Source: a virus
Taxonomy: Duplodnaviria; Caudoviricetes
DNA: 42,052 bases
Reading direction: 5' to 3' (one strand)
IMG/VR virus record: IMGVR_UViG_3300015370_000517
Span: 1-42,052 of that record
Positions 17,243 to 26,797 of the stretch are shown piece after piece. Position numbers and translations under genes: made by a program. The notes below the pieces were generated by a model. That model had not been told where the DNA came from. It ran no database searches and saw only the letters and a list, made by a program, of their open reading frames with translations. Every line of letters begins with the position of its first letter. The stretch's first letter is position 1.

Positions 17243-19395
17243 GTTCCACCACTCCTATCAATTATAATTTTTCTATGGTCGCCGAGTAATGGCTGAATAC
17301 TCCCAGCAACATAAGGATACGTGACAGAGCCTGTTCGTTCTTCAAAACTCGCCCACAATCGCAGTCCAGAAGTTATTGTGAATCCAGAATAAATGCTTCC
17401 TATTTCTGAATCTGAAAGAGTTCTGTTATAAATTCTTACATCGTCAAGAATGCCATAAAAAACGTTCGTATTTATTGCTCGCCTTCCTATACTGATACCA
17501 TTCGTATTAGTCCAATCGCCAGTCGCACCCATAGTCTTACTTCCTAATGCTATGCCGTCAAGATAAAAGTTTGCTTGTGTTGGATTGTACGCGCAAACGA
17601 TATGATGCCAAGCATCTTGAGAAAAACTTCCAAGTGATTGTGTATTATTTGTAGCGCCATTAGCTACAAAGAAATTTATGCCACTATTCACAAATAATGC
17701 ATACGCACGATTGTTACCGTCAGGGTTCTTCGCGACAATATAACCTGGCGAACCAGTATTCGTACTATTCAACCATGCAGTAATCGTGAAAGGCTGACCA
17801 CTATTAAAATTTACTTGACTACTAATGTTCGTAAAGATGCCATCGCCTAATGTTGTCATCTTAATAGCTGATGTTCCGTGCATATAACTTCCCGTTTCAG
17901 TAGTGAATGTCGCGCCACTAATTAAGATGCCGCTGCCAGCAAGAATATCGCCCATCACCCCGTTTTGTAAGTGACCAAGAACAAAACTTTGACCTATCTG
18001 ATTATTGTACACAATCCAATTTTTTTCTGTATTAACAAGTTTTCCACTATCAACGCTTAAACGACTAATAATGTCTGTTTGAATATCTCCGGCTTGTAAT
18101 TTGCGAATGTCAAGAATAATATTTTTTATCGTATCAGTTATCGTTCCAATTTTTTTATTCAAACTCACTGATACAACATTTTCTGATTGTATCGATTCAG
18201 GAGTAAAATCATACGACGTTTCAATAATTTCATATGTTGCATTTAAAATCCCTTTATTTTGCAAATTGACAATAACTGTTTGCCCTGCTTGTAATTTACT
18301 AACTCCATTTAATGAAATACGAAAATTTGTTCTTGGAAAGCCGTGCTCTTTTATATAATTCTTTGCAATTAGTGCGGCATGACTCGGGTCTTTAATTCCT
18401 TTGTCAACAATCTTTGTCCCAATGGGCCAATATGCCGCAATGCTGTCAGGCTCCTCAGAATATTTTATAATCTGTTTTTGTCGTTGATAATCAACAAGAA
18501 AACTGCCAGCAGCTGGAATCCAATTACCAATGTTCGTGCCGCTTAAAAATTCTATTGTTTTATCATAATAACGAACTATGTATTGGGTGCCAGATGGCAA
18601 TTCGCCAACAAAAGTATCAGCGCCACCAAGATACACAATACCATTTCTTTCAAGTCGCGTATTGTGAGGATTATAACTTAATGTGTATGTGCTGCCGCCT
18701 GTCACATTAAATTCTTGCCGTACTCCAGTAAATGTTAAGTCACCATACACCCAAACCTTGTTGAATACTTCTTGGTCAACAGTTTGCTGATAAGCACTTT
18801 CAAGAACATTCGTGCTATCAAATGTTAACCCGCTACTAACGCTGCCTTTTTCTTCAAAGTGCAATATTTTTTCTTCATTAACATACATGATAAATCCGGC
18901 AAGTTCAGAAAGTTGAATGAGAACATCAAACAAGTTTTGTCCGACAAATACAATCCTATCAAGTGTTCGCCCTGATGTTTGCACTCCAGAAGTAGAAATT
19001 GTTGCTGGTGCATACTTTGCCATTAAGTCAAGAACAATAAAACTAATCTCAGCATTATTGTATACTTCAGGTTCTACTGCAGAATCTTTCAATTGTGATG
19101 CGTAATCCTGAGCAATAACTCGTATTTCTTGTTGTACAGTACTTGAACTATTTTTTTGTATATTGCGAATTACTCCAGTAAACAGTTTAGTAGTTGGAGG
19201 ATTAATATTTTTGTCAGAATATATTACAACTTCGTCGCCTATGACAAGGTCGTTATTATGAATACCGTTTTCGTTTGGATAAATAATTTCACACGTACTA
19301 AAAGCGTTTGACACACTACTACTAATTGTAATGCTAACACTTATAGCATCATTAGCTGCTATTCCGTTTATTTCTATTTTTTTATAAATTGTCAT
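17236..19395 (-). CDS. Baseplate hub / tail-tip protein with C-terminal LamG (concanavalin-like) domain
   Basis: Follows the tape measure; LFTGVI, AQDY, LIQLSELAGFIMYV hub pattern; FTITAW, WHHIVCAY, FYLDG, IG, GILDDVRIYNRTLS LamG motifs. Confidence 0.75.
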   Translation of the reverse strand: MTIYKKIEINGIAANDAISVSITISSSVSNAFSTCEIIYPNENGIHNNDLVIGDEVVIYSDKNINPPTTKLFTGVIRNIQKNSSSTVQQEIRVIAQDYASQLKDSAVEPEVYNNAEISFIVLDLMAKYAPATISTSGVQTSGRTLDRIVFVGQNLFDVLIQLSELAGFIMYVNEEKILHFEEKGSVSSGLTFDSTNVLESAYQQTVDQEVFNKVWVYGDLTFTGVRQEFNVTGGSTYTLSYNPHNTRLERNGIVYLGGADTFVGELPSGTQYIVRYYDKTIEFLSGTNIGNWIPAAGSFLVDYQRQKQIIKYSEEPDSIAAYWPIGTKIVDKGIKDPSHAALIAKNYIKEHGFPRTNFRISLNGVSKLQAGQTVIVNLQNKGILNATYEIIETSYDFTPESIQSENVVSVSLNKKIGTITDTIKNIILDIRKLQAGDIQTDIISRLSVDSGKLVNTEKNWIVYNNQIGQSFVLGHLQNGVMGDILAGSGILISGATFTTETGSYMHGTSAIKMTTLGDGIFTNISSQVNFNSGQPFTITAWLNSTNTGSPGYIVAKNPDGNNRAYALFVNSGINFFVANGATNNTQSLGSFSQDAWHHIVCAYNPTQANFYLDGIALGSKTMGATGDWTNTNGISIGRRAINTNVFYGILDDVRIYNRTLSDSEIGSIYSGFTITSGLRLWASFEERTGSVTYPYVAGSIQPLLGDHRKIIIDRSGGTW

Positions 19396-19397
19396 TG

Positions 19398-20939
19398 TTA
19401 CACTCTAACATTTAAATCTTCTTGTAAAGCTTGTGGTAGCCAGGGTGGTCGACCAATAATCCTATAAATTATTGGTATAACAATAGGCTTTAATTCTCGA
19501 CCGGACAATTTTTCAAACTTTTCTAATTGCCTATCAATTTCATCACCTGTTTCTTTTAATTCATTTTTTGAATCAGTAAGTAATTGTAAATTGTCAGTCA
19601 TTAATTTATTAACTTCGCCTATTGATAATATTTTTTTTTCATTAGTAGCCCTTGTAATTTCTGCTTCAAGTTCTATTCCAGCCTTTACTGATTCAGTATT
19701 GAATTGATAATCAATTAATAAATCGCGTTCTGTTTTTCTCGCATCTTCAATTGCTGTTTTATAATCGTCTAATTTGTCTAGTAATAAATTTACCTCTTTT
19801 ATTGTTGATGGCGGAACGATTTGTCCTCTATTTAAACTTCTTGCCCAATCTTCACGCGATGTTATTCCAAATCCTTCTTGTAATATGGTTTCTGTTTGTG
19901 ATTTTCCCGATTCTAATTCAAGAGTTCTTCTTTTCGCTTTATGCATCGCTCTTTTTTGTTCTGGCTCACCAATAAGCATAATTTGAGATGTTGAAAAGTC
20001 TGTTAATGCTTGTTCAGCACTTCGTATTGTTTGTGCAACTGATTGATACTTTCTGTCGAGATTTAATATTTCTTGTGCTGTTGTTTGAATTGATTCTCTT
20101 ACTTCTGGGTCTATTTTAAGACCCGTAGATAACCAAATTTCTTGTTCTTTAAGTCTATCTAATTCTGAAATAAGGTCTTGCGAAAAGGATGTTCCAGTAT
20201 TTTTTATTTCAGCCTGTAATCGTCGTAAAGAATCCGCATAAGTCTCATTTAATCTAGTAGAAACAGCAACTAATGCCTGATTTTGTTTTTGTATATATGA
20301 TGATATTGCCGTTGTTTGTTCCATCTTAGTCAATTGTTCTTTTGTTTTGCCTAATGTTTTTGCATATTGTGTATAGACCTCATCTGCATCAATAATTATT
20401 CCCAAATTATCAAGAATCATCCTAGACTGTCTGCCTATTCCTATAACCATATCATTGAACGCTTGTGTTGTTTCAATACCCATAACTTTAGCTCTCGCTC
20501 TGGCTACTTCCATTAAACCCGGCAAGTCTTCTTCCCGTATTCCTAAAGCGAGAGCTCTCATTGATGCCTGCATTAAATCAATATCTGAAACAGTATATGA
20601 TGCTGCTGTTCTCAAATCCGTCATCAACGTATTAGCTGTTTTTCCTATCACAAGCTCAAATGTTTGCATAGTTTCTTGTGCTCGTGTTATTGAATTTACG
20701 ACATTATATAACATTGTTACAGCAACACCAGCAAATAATCCACGAGCCGCTGACATAACAATATTTAATTTTCCAAATGATTGTTTTAACTCATCAACAG
20801 ATGAAGAAGTCTTTTTAGAACTCTTTGCTGTTTTTTCTATTTCTTTCTCTACATCAGCAAGTTTCTTCTTAATATCTCCAATTTCCCCCCTAATTTCTAT
20901 GATAAGTTGACCCGCGACGACGATTTTAATCACCACCAA
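19398..20939 (-). CDS. Tail tape measure protein (start uncertain: TTG 20939, GTG 20936/20933 or ATC 20924)
   Basis: GQLIIEIRG N-terminus, GIGRQSRMILDNLGI, helical composition, position after the chaperone. Confidence 0.8.
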   Translation of the reverse strand: MVVIKIVVAGQLIIEIRGEIGDIKKKLADVEKEIEKTAKSSKKTSSSVDELKQSFGKLNIVMSAARGLFAGVAVTMLYNVVNSITRAQETMQTFELVIGKTANTLMTDLRTAASYTVSDIDLMQASMRALALGIREEDLPGLMEVARARAKVMGIETTQAFNDMVIGIGRQSRMILDNLGIIIDADEVYTQYAKTLGKTKEQLTKMEQTTAISSYIQKQNQALVAVSTRLNETYADSLRRLQAEIKNTGTSFSQDLISELDRLKEQEIWLSTGLKIDPEVRESIQTTAQEILNLDRKYQSVAQTIRSAEQALTDFSTSQIMLIGEPEQKRAMHKAKRRTLELESGKSQTETILQEGFGITSREDWARSLNRGQIVPPSTIKEVNLLLDKLDDYKTAIEDARKTERDLLIDYQFNTESVKAGIELEAEITRATNEKKILSIGEVNKLMTDNLQLLTDSKNELKETGDEIDRQLEKFEKLSGRELKPIVIPIIYRIIGRPPWLPQALQEDLNVRV

Positions 20940-21690
20940 ATCTATAAATTTTCCATCCTAATTGTAATAATTCAATATCTCGTTGCTTATCCTTCTCTCG
21001 CACGCCAGGCATATTATGCCAATAAGACCCATCGTATTCATATGCGATTTTCATATCAGGAATCGCAACATCAATGAAACAAACTTTTGATTTTGTGACC
21101 ACAGGATATTCAAGAATCACACTATATTTATAAAATATTTTTTTAATTAAATTATACAACTTTAATTGTGATTTAGAAACTCGTTTATGATGACCAAGAA
21201 TACGATTAGGATGTTTTTCTGGATGTAATTTATAAAATTCTTTTCGTTTTATTATATACTCATTTGTTCTTTTTTTCCCTCTATTTGCATTTCCTATTTT
21301 TATTTTTCTCTCTTCTGAACAAGGACCTATATGTCGCCCTTTATACTGTTCACTCCTTTTCTTTTTCCACTCTTCTGTTCTATGATAAATTCCAATTTTT
21401 CCTTTCATCGGACTTATTCGCCCTTTTGCTTTTTCAAACATTTTCTTTTTTGCGTCTTCAGAGTGATGTTTTCCAAGCATTCCTTTTCTTCCCGCAATAG
21501 ATAATTTCTTTCTTGTTTCTTCTGACGGAATATATCCATTTTTAATCCGTAATAGTTGTGATTGTTTGTTTTTTTCCTTTGCTTTGTCAGAGTGATGTTT
21601 TCCTTTCATTCCAGATGATAATCCCATATGAGATTTTCTATTCTTTTCATTACACTCGTCTGTACGTATATATGTTCCAACCTTTACCAT
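20926..21690 (-). CDS. NUMOD3-repeat plus PD-(D/E)XK (Vsr/DUF559-like) homing endonuclease
   Basis: Repeated GKHHSEDAK/SEETRKKLS; IDVAIPDMKIAYEYDGSYWH..DKQRD..LGWKIYR. Confidence 0.85.
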   Translation of the reverse strand: MVKVGTYIRTDECNEKNRKSHMGLSSGMKGKHHSDKAKEKNKQSQLLRIKNGYIPSEETRKKLSIAGRKGMLGKHHSEDAKKKMFEKAKGRISPMKGKIGIYHRTEEWKKKRSEQYKGRHIGPCSEERKIKIGNANRGKKRTNEYIIKRKEFYKLHPEKHPNRILGHHKRVSKSQLKLYNLIKKIFYKYSVILEYPVVTKSKVCFIDVAIPDMKIAYEYDGSYWHNMPGVREKDKQRDIELLQLGWKIYRFGGD

Positions 21691-21896
21691 TGTTTTCTTT
21701 TTCGTTTATTCTCCATAATTTTTATTTTACTACTTTTTTCATTATTCCATGCAATTAAATTACTATAATCTTTTTTTGATAATGAACGTATATAATCTAA
21801 CGTCCAACCCATCATTAATGCTATTTCAAATACGTTTTTTTCACGAATAGATATTTTGGGTTCCGACCAATAATCCGCATCTTCCGGGTCTAGACT
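21684..21896 (-). CDS. -1 frameshift extension of the tail assembly chaperone (gpT-like)
   Basis: The -1 frame after the A9 run stays open for 70 codons: SLDPEDADYW...EIALMMGWTLDYIRSLS...KRKQW*. Confidence 0.75.
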   Translation of the reverse strand, partial: SLDPEDADYWSEPKISIREKNVFEIALMMGWTLDYIRSLSKKDYSNLIAWNNEKSSKIKIMENKRKRKQW

Positions 21897-22153
21897 TTTT
21901 TTTTATCATTATCATCGTCTCGCATATTTACTTTTCTAATAGCTTCAAGTAATTTTTTACCCTCCTCTCTTGAAATGCGTTTCATCAATTCAGGTGTTAA
22001 TTCTGGCTCTACAACACATAATTGTTGAAATTTTAAAGTGCTCCATTCATCTGCTAACAAACTTCCTTCATACCATGAAAGTTCTTTTAGTTTGAATACT
22101 TGTTTAGTATCATCTTCAAGCACTATTGTAATTTCATCTCGTTTTAATGCCAT
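21890..22153 (-). CDS. Tail assembly chaperone (gpG-like)
   Basis: Lies between tail tube and tape measure; ends GAT AAA AAA AAA GTC TAG. Confidence 0.75.
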   Translation of the reverse strand: MALKRDEITIVLEDDTKQVFKLKELSWYEGSLLADEWSTLKFQQLCVVEPELTPELMKRISREEGKKLLEAIRKVNMRDDDNDKKKV

Positions 22154-22157
22154 GTTT

Positions 22158-23162
22158 TTACCAGCCTCCCCATTTTCCAATAGTTCCTATTCTGTCGTAT
22201 GATTTTGCATTGCAAGTTGTTGGTATAACAGTGAAAGTGTCTTCGTTAATTCCTGTCATTGGGCTTGGTTGTGATGATGTTACAAGGTTACAACCACTGA
22301 ATACAATGTATGTGCTTCTGCTTCCAACTGCTGTTGTTGTGCCGTCAATCTCGAGCATCATATTAAATGAACTTCCGAATTGGAAATAATCATATAATGT
22401 GTTTGTTGTATCATCTGCAGTATCCATTGTTAAGCTAACGGAATAATCCCTATTTAATGGTATTGGCAAGTCTATTTCTTGACTGCCATTTGTCACATGT
22501 CTGCCTTCAAGATTATTATTAATAGCGAATGTTCCAGCAGTTGTTGGATACGTAGTCCCTGATGGTATGTGTACTTTTACATCCTTCCATAATAATGGTC
22601 GTAATGTATCAGCTGTTACTGCTGCAGCCGCTCCGCTTGACCTAATAAGCTGTTGTGCAATGTAATTCACTTCACACGTTAATGGTTCGCCTTGCGCCCA
22701 ACTCACATTTAAACTATTTATTGTTGCACCGTTTAATGTACGTATAAAATGTTTATTCGTTGTTGGACTCTTTTTGCTATCTTGAATTGTGAAGCTGATA
22801 AATGGTGCTTTTGTTCCACTTGTGAATGCATTCCCAGTGTCACTATTCGTTTCAGTTACGATGTGTGAACAATTTGGTCCTGATGTTGAAAAGAAACTGC
22901 CAAGTGCGAATCCAAGCATACGAAAGTCTTGCGGGTAATACGTTATTGTTCCATTATAATCATTTGTCGTATATACCGTTTGACTAATATTTCTTGTTCC
23001 TGCTCCTTCAGTACGTATTTGCATTGATGCTCGCAAGTCTTCTATTGTATGATTTTGTACGAGTCCTAACCATTGCAATACTGTGCCTGTTGGATTTGCG
23101 TATGTTCCACTTTCTGCGAACATCCCCACTTTGTTTTGGTCTCCTAAATATCGGGCGCTCAT
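22158..23162 (-). CDS. Major tail tube protein
   Basis: Position; ESGTY, SFTIQ, GATINSLNVS, FAINNNLE..R tube-type pattern. Confidence 0.8.
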   Translation of the reverse strand: MSARYLGDQNKVGMFAESGTYANPTGTVLQWLGLVQNHTIEDLRASMQIRTEGAGTRNISQTVYTTNDYNGTITYYPQDFRMLGFALGSFFSTSGPNCSHIVTETNSDTGNAFTSGTKAPFISFTIQDSKKSPTTNKHFIRTLNGATINSLNVSWAQGEPLTCEVNYIAQQLIRSSGAAAAVTADTLRPLLWKDVKVHIPSGTTYPTTAGTFAINNNLEGRHVTNGSQEIDLPIPLNRDYSVSLTMDTADDTTNTLYDYFQFGSSFNMMLEIDGTTTAVGSRSTYIVFSGCNLVTSSQPSPMTGINEDTFTVIPTTCNAKSYDRIGTIGKWGGW

Positions 23163-23166
23163 TTTT

Positions 23167-23625
23167 TTATCCTCCTATTACACTTTTATACTCTACCTCG
23201 AGTATTTTTGATTTTATTCCTGACTGTCCTTCTTCGTCAATATCAAAAGAATTACGTAATAAAAAATCGTGCAATTCATTATCATCACTTGAACTTGCTC
23301 CTCCATCAAACTGGTTCGAACGTAACCTATTATATACTTGCTGGAATAATTCATCTCGTTCTTTTACATTACGAGCCCAAATGCGCACTTCCATTGGCAA
23401 ACTCATCCAGGTTAATTCACTGCGCATGCCAAGTCTTCGTTCGTCAGCAACATTAGCAGCTTTTACTGTGATTATTGGGTACTTGACAGGTCGTTCTGGG
23501 TAACTTGTCATTACGAACTTCTCGTTGCTTGCGCGCTTTGTTTGTATAGGGTCTGTAATGTTGGTCAACAGATTATTTCTTAGAAATATAACGGTGTCCG
23601 TGACGAACGTGTTTGTTGTTACCAT
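23167..23625 (-). CDS. Tail terminator / tail completion protein
   Basis: YPIITV, EVRIWA; 152 aa, immediately upstream of the tube gene. Confidence 0.7.
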   Translation of the reverse strand: MVTTNTFVTDTVIFLRNNLLTNITDPIQTKRASNEKFVMTSYPERPVKYPIITVKAANVADERRLGMRSELTWMSLPMEVRIWARNVKERDELFQQVYNRLRSNQFDGGASSSDDNELHDFLLRNSFDIDEEGQSGIKSKILEVEYKSVIGG

Positions 23626-23677
23626 GTTACCTCGCTTGGCATTCTTTTTTTATTGCTCGCTTGCAATAAAATATATT

Positions 23678-23725
23678 TATATTTTTTGTTGTTTATAAAT
23701 TTATTTTTTTTGTTTAGTTAAACTA
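23678..23725 (-). promoter_or_regulatory. Degenerate third copy of the archaeal-type promoter (tail operon)
   Basis: Minus strand TAGTTTAACTAAAC...AAATTTATAAACAACAAAAAATATA. Confidence 0.65.
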
Positions 23726-24088
23726 CGTTTTTATTGCGTTTTGCACGTACTTTTCAATCTTCTTAGCATTCCGGTCTAGTGATACTCGAAAGTGCTGTCC
23801 TGGTTTCATCTTAGTAGTTCCATATTCTACATATACTGCATAATTAACATTTGTTCCTACTGTTGCGACCATGCTTTTTTGTAATTTTCCTTTAACGCTA
23901 GACATCAAATGACCAGTATCGTGCCTTCGAGGAAGTGGTCCTCGACGTCCTGCTATTGCCTCTTTTATCTCTCCTTCTAAAAAGAACGCACTCTGTTCTA
24001 ACGCCTTATTTATGTTAGGAATAAGACTCTTCTCGTACTTGATAAGATTCTTATTTACCCTATCCGCGTTCTTTATTGTTATCTTCAT
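23723..24088 (-). CDS. HK97 gp10-like neck/tail completion protein
   Basis: DTGHLMSSV, VGTNVNYAVYVEYGT. Confidence 0.85.
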   Translation of the reverse strand: MKITIKNADRVNKNLIKYEKSLIPNINKALEQSAFFLEGEIKEAIAGRRGPLPRRHDTGHLMSSVKGKLQKSMVATVGTNVNYAVYVEYGTTKMKPGQHFRVSLDRNAKKIEKYVQNAIKT

Positions 24089-24504
24089 TCTTCTGCAAGA
24101 CTCCCAGTTGTCAACCTTCTAATATACAATTTCTTGTACACGTCAGTCTCTCCTAACTGCCAGGTCTTAACGCCGAGTTCTGTTGAAGCAAACCAGTTGT
24201 TCACATCGCCAGGACTTCCTATTCCAACCTTGAACAACCCACTAGTCTGCACAGTTCCGACAACGTACAAGACCTTATCATCATTTCGTAATTGTCCTTG
24301 CTGTACGAGAATCGAATCCTTAGTTCCTAAAGGCATTATTAACCCTGTAGTCCAAAAATCAGTACCACTCTGCGCTAGTACAAGGTCGTCATCATACTCC
24401 GTGCTATCCTCGAATGCGACAGTAGTAAAATATCTAAAACAACTATTAGTCCCATTCGCCAATACCCTGTTAATATCAGTTTGTAATTCAGTCGCAGATG
24501 CCAT
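24085..24504 (-). CDS. Head closure / stopper protein
   Basis: Neck-module position, about 139 aa, beta-rich. Confidence 0.6.
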   Translation of the reverse strand: MASATELQTDINRVLANGTNSCFRYFTTVAFEDSTEYDDDLVLAQSGTDFWTTGLIMPLGTKDSILVQQGQLRNDDKVLYVVGTVQTSGLFKVGIGSPGDVNNWFASTELGVKTWQLGETDVYKKLYIRRLTTGSLAEE

Positions 24505-24619
24505 CTTCTTCAGTATCCTCAATAACTACATACCCATTATTGATATGTTCTAACGCGAGACCTGCATTAGTCGTGATGAATATCTTCCCAGTTTTCGGAT
24601 GCTTGAGTGTTATCCCCAT
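24488..24619 (-). CDS. 43-aa small protein in the neck module
   Basis: Manual translation MGITLKHPKTGKIFITTNAGLALEHINNGYVVIEDTEEDGICD; overlaps both neighbours. Confidence 0.5.
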   Translation of the reverse strand: MGITLKHPKTGKIFITTNAGLALEHINNGYVVIEDTEEDGICD

Positions 24620-24996
24620 GCTTTATAATAACCCGTTATTGCCTTTCTTCCTATAGCCGAAAGTTTTTCTTCTGCCATCAATCGTAATTGTTCAGCAGTT
24701 GTTGCCGTGTTACTTGCTGCTCCTTTGCTCTCGCTAAAATCTCCAAGTGATATACTCGCAACGTCCGCACCTTGAATACTCATCGCACGAAGTAAAGCTC
24801 CAGTCATCAAATCAGATAATGCAGGTTGGTACACTTCAGCAATACTTACACTTCCTATCGTAACACCGCAATATTGTTGAGCATACTGTACTTGTTGGTG
24901 TGCCATCTGAATAAGAACTCCGCTTATAGCAGATGGAATATTATCAACCTGACTATACGAATAATCCGCAAGACTTCCTAAATTCCAAAGCGCCAT
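24610..24996 (-). CDS. Head-tail adaptor (gp15/gp6-like)
   Basis: Helical 128 aa with SISLGDFSES hairpin; GAGG RBS; position. Confidence 0.65.
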   Translation of the reverse strand: MALWNLGSLADYSYSQVDNIPSAISGVLIQMAHQQVQYAQQYCGVTIGSVSIAEVYQPALSDLMTGALLRAMSIQGADVASISLGDFSESKGAASNTATTAEQLRLMAEEKLSAIGRKAITGYYKAWG

Positions 24997-25003
24997 TGTA
25001 ACC

Positions 25004-25384
25004 TCATATATAATAGACTGTTAGTCCTAATCCGCTCGCTGCTGCTCCAACTCCACTCGCCACAATTCTTAATGTAGAATTTATCGTCCTCGGCATTACT
25101 GCTGCAGGACTTCCTGTAACGTTATTTACATCAACGCCGAACACTACAGGATACGCAGTTTGGTTAGCAACAGCATTCTTATAATACCATACTGTTTCTT
25201 CGACAGCACCACTTATATTAACAGACAGGCTTCCGTTTGCTGCATAATTTCCATTATGATAAATAATTTTATGTATTGTACCATTTAACGGATGGTCTGA
25301 GTAAACGCTTAACGTTCCAGAAGCATTAGCTGTTAAATTGGCTATGCTAAATGTATAATTTTTGATTCTGCTATCTCTTACCAT
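25004..25384 (-). CDS. Virion structural protein (beta-sandwich, decoration-like)
   Basis: Downstream of the MCP; LNGTIHKI, LRIVASG. Confidence 0.55.
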   Translation of the reverse strand: MVRDSRIKNYTFSIANLTANASGTLSVYSDHPLNGTIHKIIYHNGNYAANGSLSVNISGAVEETVWYYKNAVANQTAYPVVFGVDVNNVTGSPAAVMPRTINSTLRIVASGVGAAASGLGLTVYYI

Positions 25385-25487
25385 ATTGTGTTCACTCCTA
25401 AAGAGAAAATATTTCTTTTCCCTTTATCTTCCCATTTTTTTTTAGGGAACTGCTCTTCGGCAGGAAAAAAATTTAATAAAAAAAAAT

Positions 25488-25922
25488 TTATGCGGGACCA
25501 ACTGCAATATAACCATATACGGTAGATGCAGTGCCTATTATAGTACAACCACTTACGGTTTGAACACCACTAACTGTTGGTGTTCCTACAACAGCATTGC
25601 CACTAGCACCGAATGTTACAACGTATGGTATTGCAGTATAACTAATTCCTAAGTTTATATCTGCTGAGCTTCCTGCACCAGTTGTAACAAATCCTGATTG
25701 TATCCTATAACCATACGTGGCAGGACTTCCCATATTCGTACTTGTAATTTTCCCGTTAGCATCGCATATTCTTGCTCCTAAGACAGACCCTGTTGAAAAG
25801 ATTTGAGCTCCAGATATAAGACTCTGTGAAACTACACTGCCAACAACCCAAACATTAGATATTTGGCTTCCTGGTTGTCCAATCTCTTCAAAACCGAGAC
25901 CATCTACTGTTGATACAGTCAT
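25488..25922 (-). CDS. Gly/Ser-rich head-associated structural protein
   Basis: Directly after the MCP; IQSG...YGYIAVG C-terminal fibre/lectin-like pattern. Confidence 0.55.
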   Translation of the reverse strand: MTVSTVDGLGFEEIGQPGSQISNVWVVGSVVSQSLISGAQIFSTGSVLGARICDANGKITSTNMGSPATYGYRIQSGFVTTGAGSSADINLGISYTAIPYVVTFGASGNAVVGTPTVSGVQTVSGCTIIGTASTVYGYIAVGPA

Positions 25923-25931
25923 TTTTTAACC

Positions 25932-26783
25932 TCAACTCGTGGTAATTTTTGCAATTGCCGAAGTACGTAATGCTTTCACCGCGATTCGTTGCGTTACAGT
26001 TGCTGCTTGCATGTCAAGAGCTGGTAGCATAAAGTTTTCAACCATGAGCGGTCGTTTCTCTGCTATCATGTACGCGTATCGATTGTCGATAATGTACGAT
26101 GTCGTTTTTGTCATTCCAGCATTTGTACTTACTCGAATTACGTTCAACCCGTAAATATTACCGAGAAATCCTCGAGTGAGCATTTCAGTATTTCCGACCT
26201 TGTTTGCTTCAACAAAAGTATCGATGTTTCTTAAATCATTTAATACTTCGTTTCCGACAATAAAGGTTGTTCCAGTATAATCTGCATCTTCAAGATACTG
26301 GATTCCTGTTGTAATATTTGATATTGTTATTGCTGCTCCGCCACTCACAGTATTAGCCGCAGTGTCAAGTGCCGTGATAACTAAAGAATTCTCATTCTCT
26401 GCGCACCTTTTACCTGCTGTCATAATATTGTGTTGTAGCAAATTCCATTTTGAGTCTTCCATCAGTTCTCGAGTGATTCGAATTCCTACTCCGTACTTGA
26501 GTGGTTTCAAATTTGTGCTGCTGTAAGATACTTGGTCGATTGGAATTTCTGCTCCTTCTGCAACGAGTCTGACATCCATGGTGTTCTCGTCAACAAGGTC
26601 GACGTCAACACTAGACCCTGGGATTTCTCCTGGACCGAAGAAGATTGCCGCTTCACTTCTTGGAATTAGATTCTTGTCAACTTCCATGATGAGTTGGTCG
26701 TAAATCTTTTTCACAATAAGTAGGCTTCCTTCAGTTCCTGTTGCAGTGGACAAAAGTTCTTGAATATATTTGTTTTGTGTCAT
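25932..26783 (-). CDS. Major capsid protein (HK97 fold)
   Basis: ATG 26783 after AGGAGG; VAEGAEIP, KYGVGIRITRELMEDS, GNIYGLNVI. Confidence 0.92.
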   Translation of the reverse strand: MTQNKYIQELLSTATGTEGSLLIVKKIYDQLIMEVDKNLIPRSEAAIFFGPGEIPGSSVDVDLVDENTMDVRLVAEGAEIPIDQVSYSSTNLKPLKYGVGIRITRELMEDSKWNLLQHNIMTAGKRCAENENSLVITALDTAANTVSGGAAITISNITTGIQYLEDADYTGTTFIVGNEVLNDLRNIDTFVEANKVGNTEMLTRGFLGNIYGLNVIRVSTNAGMTKTTSYIIDNRYAYMIAEKRPLMVENFMLPALDMQAATVTQRIAVKALRTSAIAKITTS

Positions 26784-26797
26784 CTTTTTTGTCCTCC

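Noticed and set aside
17232-21690. ATG|GTAA at two endonuclease starts resembling spliceosomal donor sites
   Set aside because: Prokaryotic virus context and no AG acceptors; explained by the TGG-TAA/ATG overlap. No convincing bulge-helix-bulge seen by eye either.
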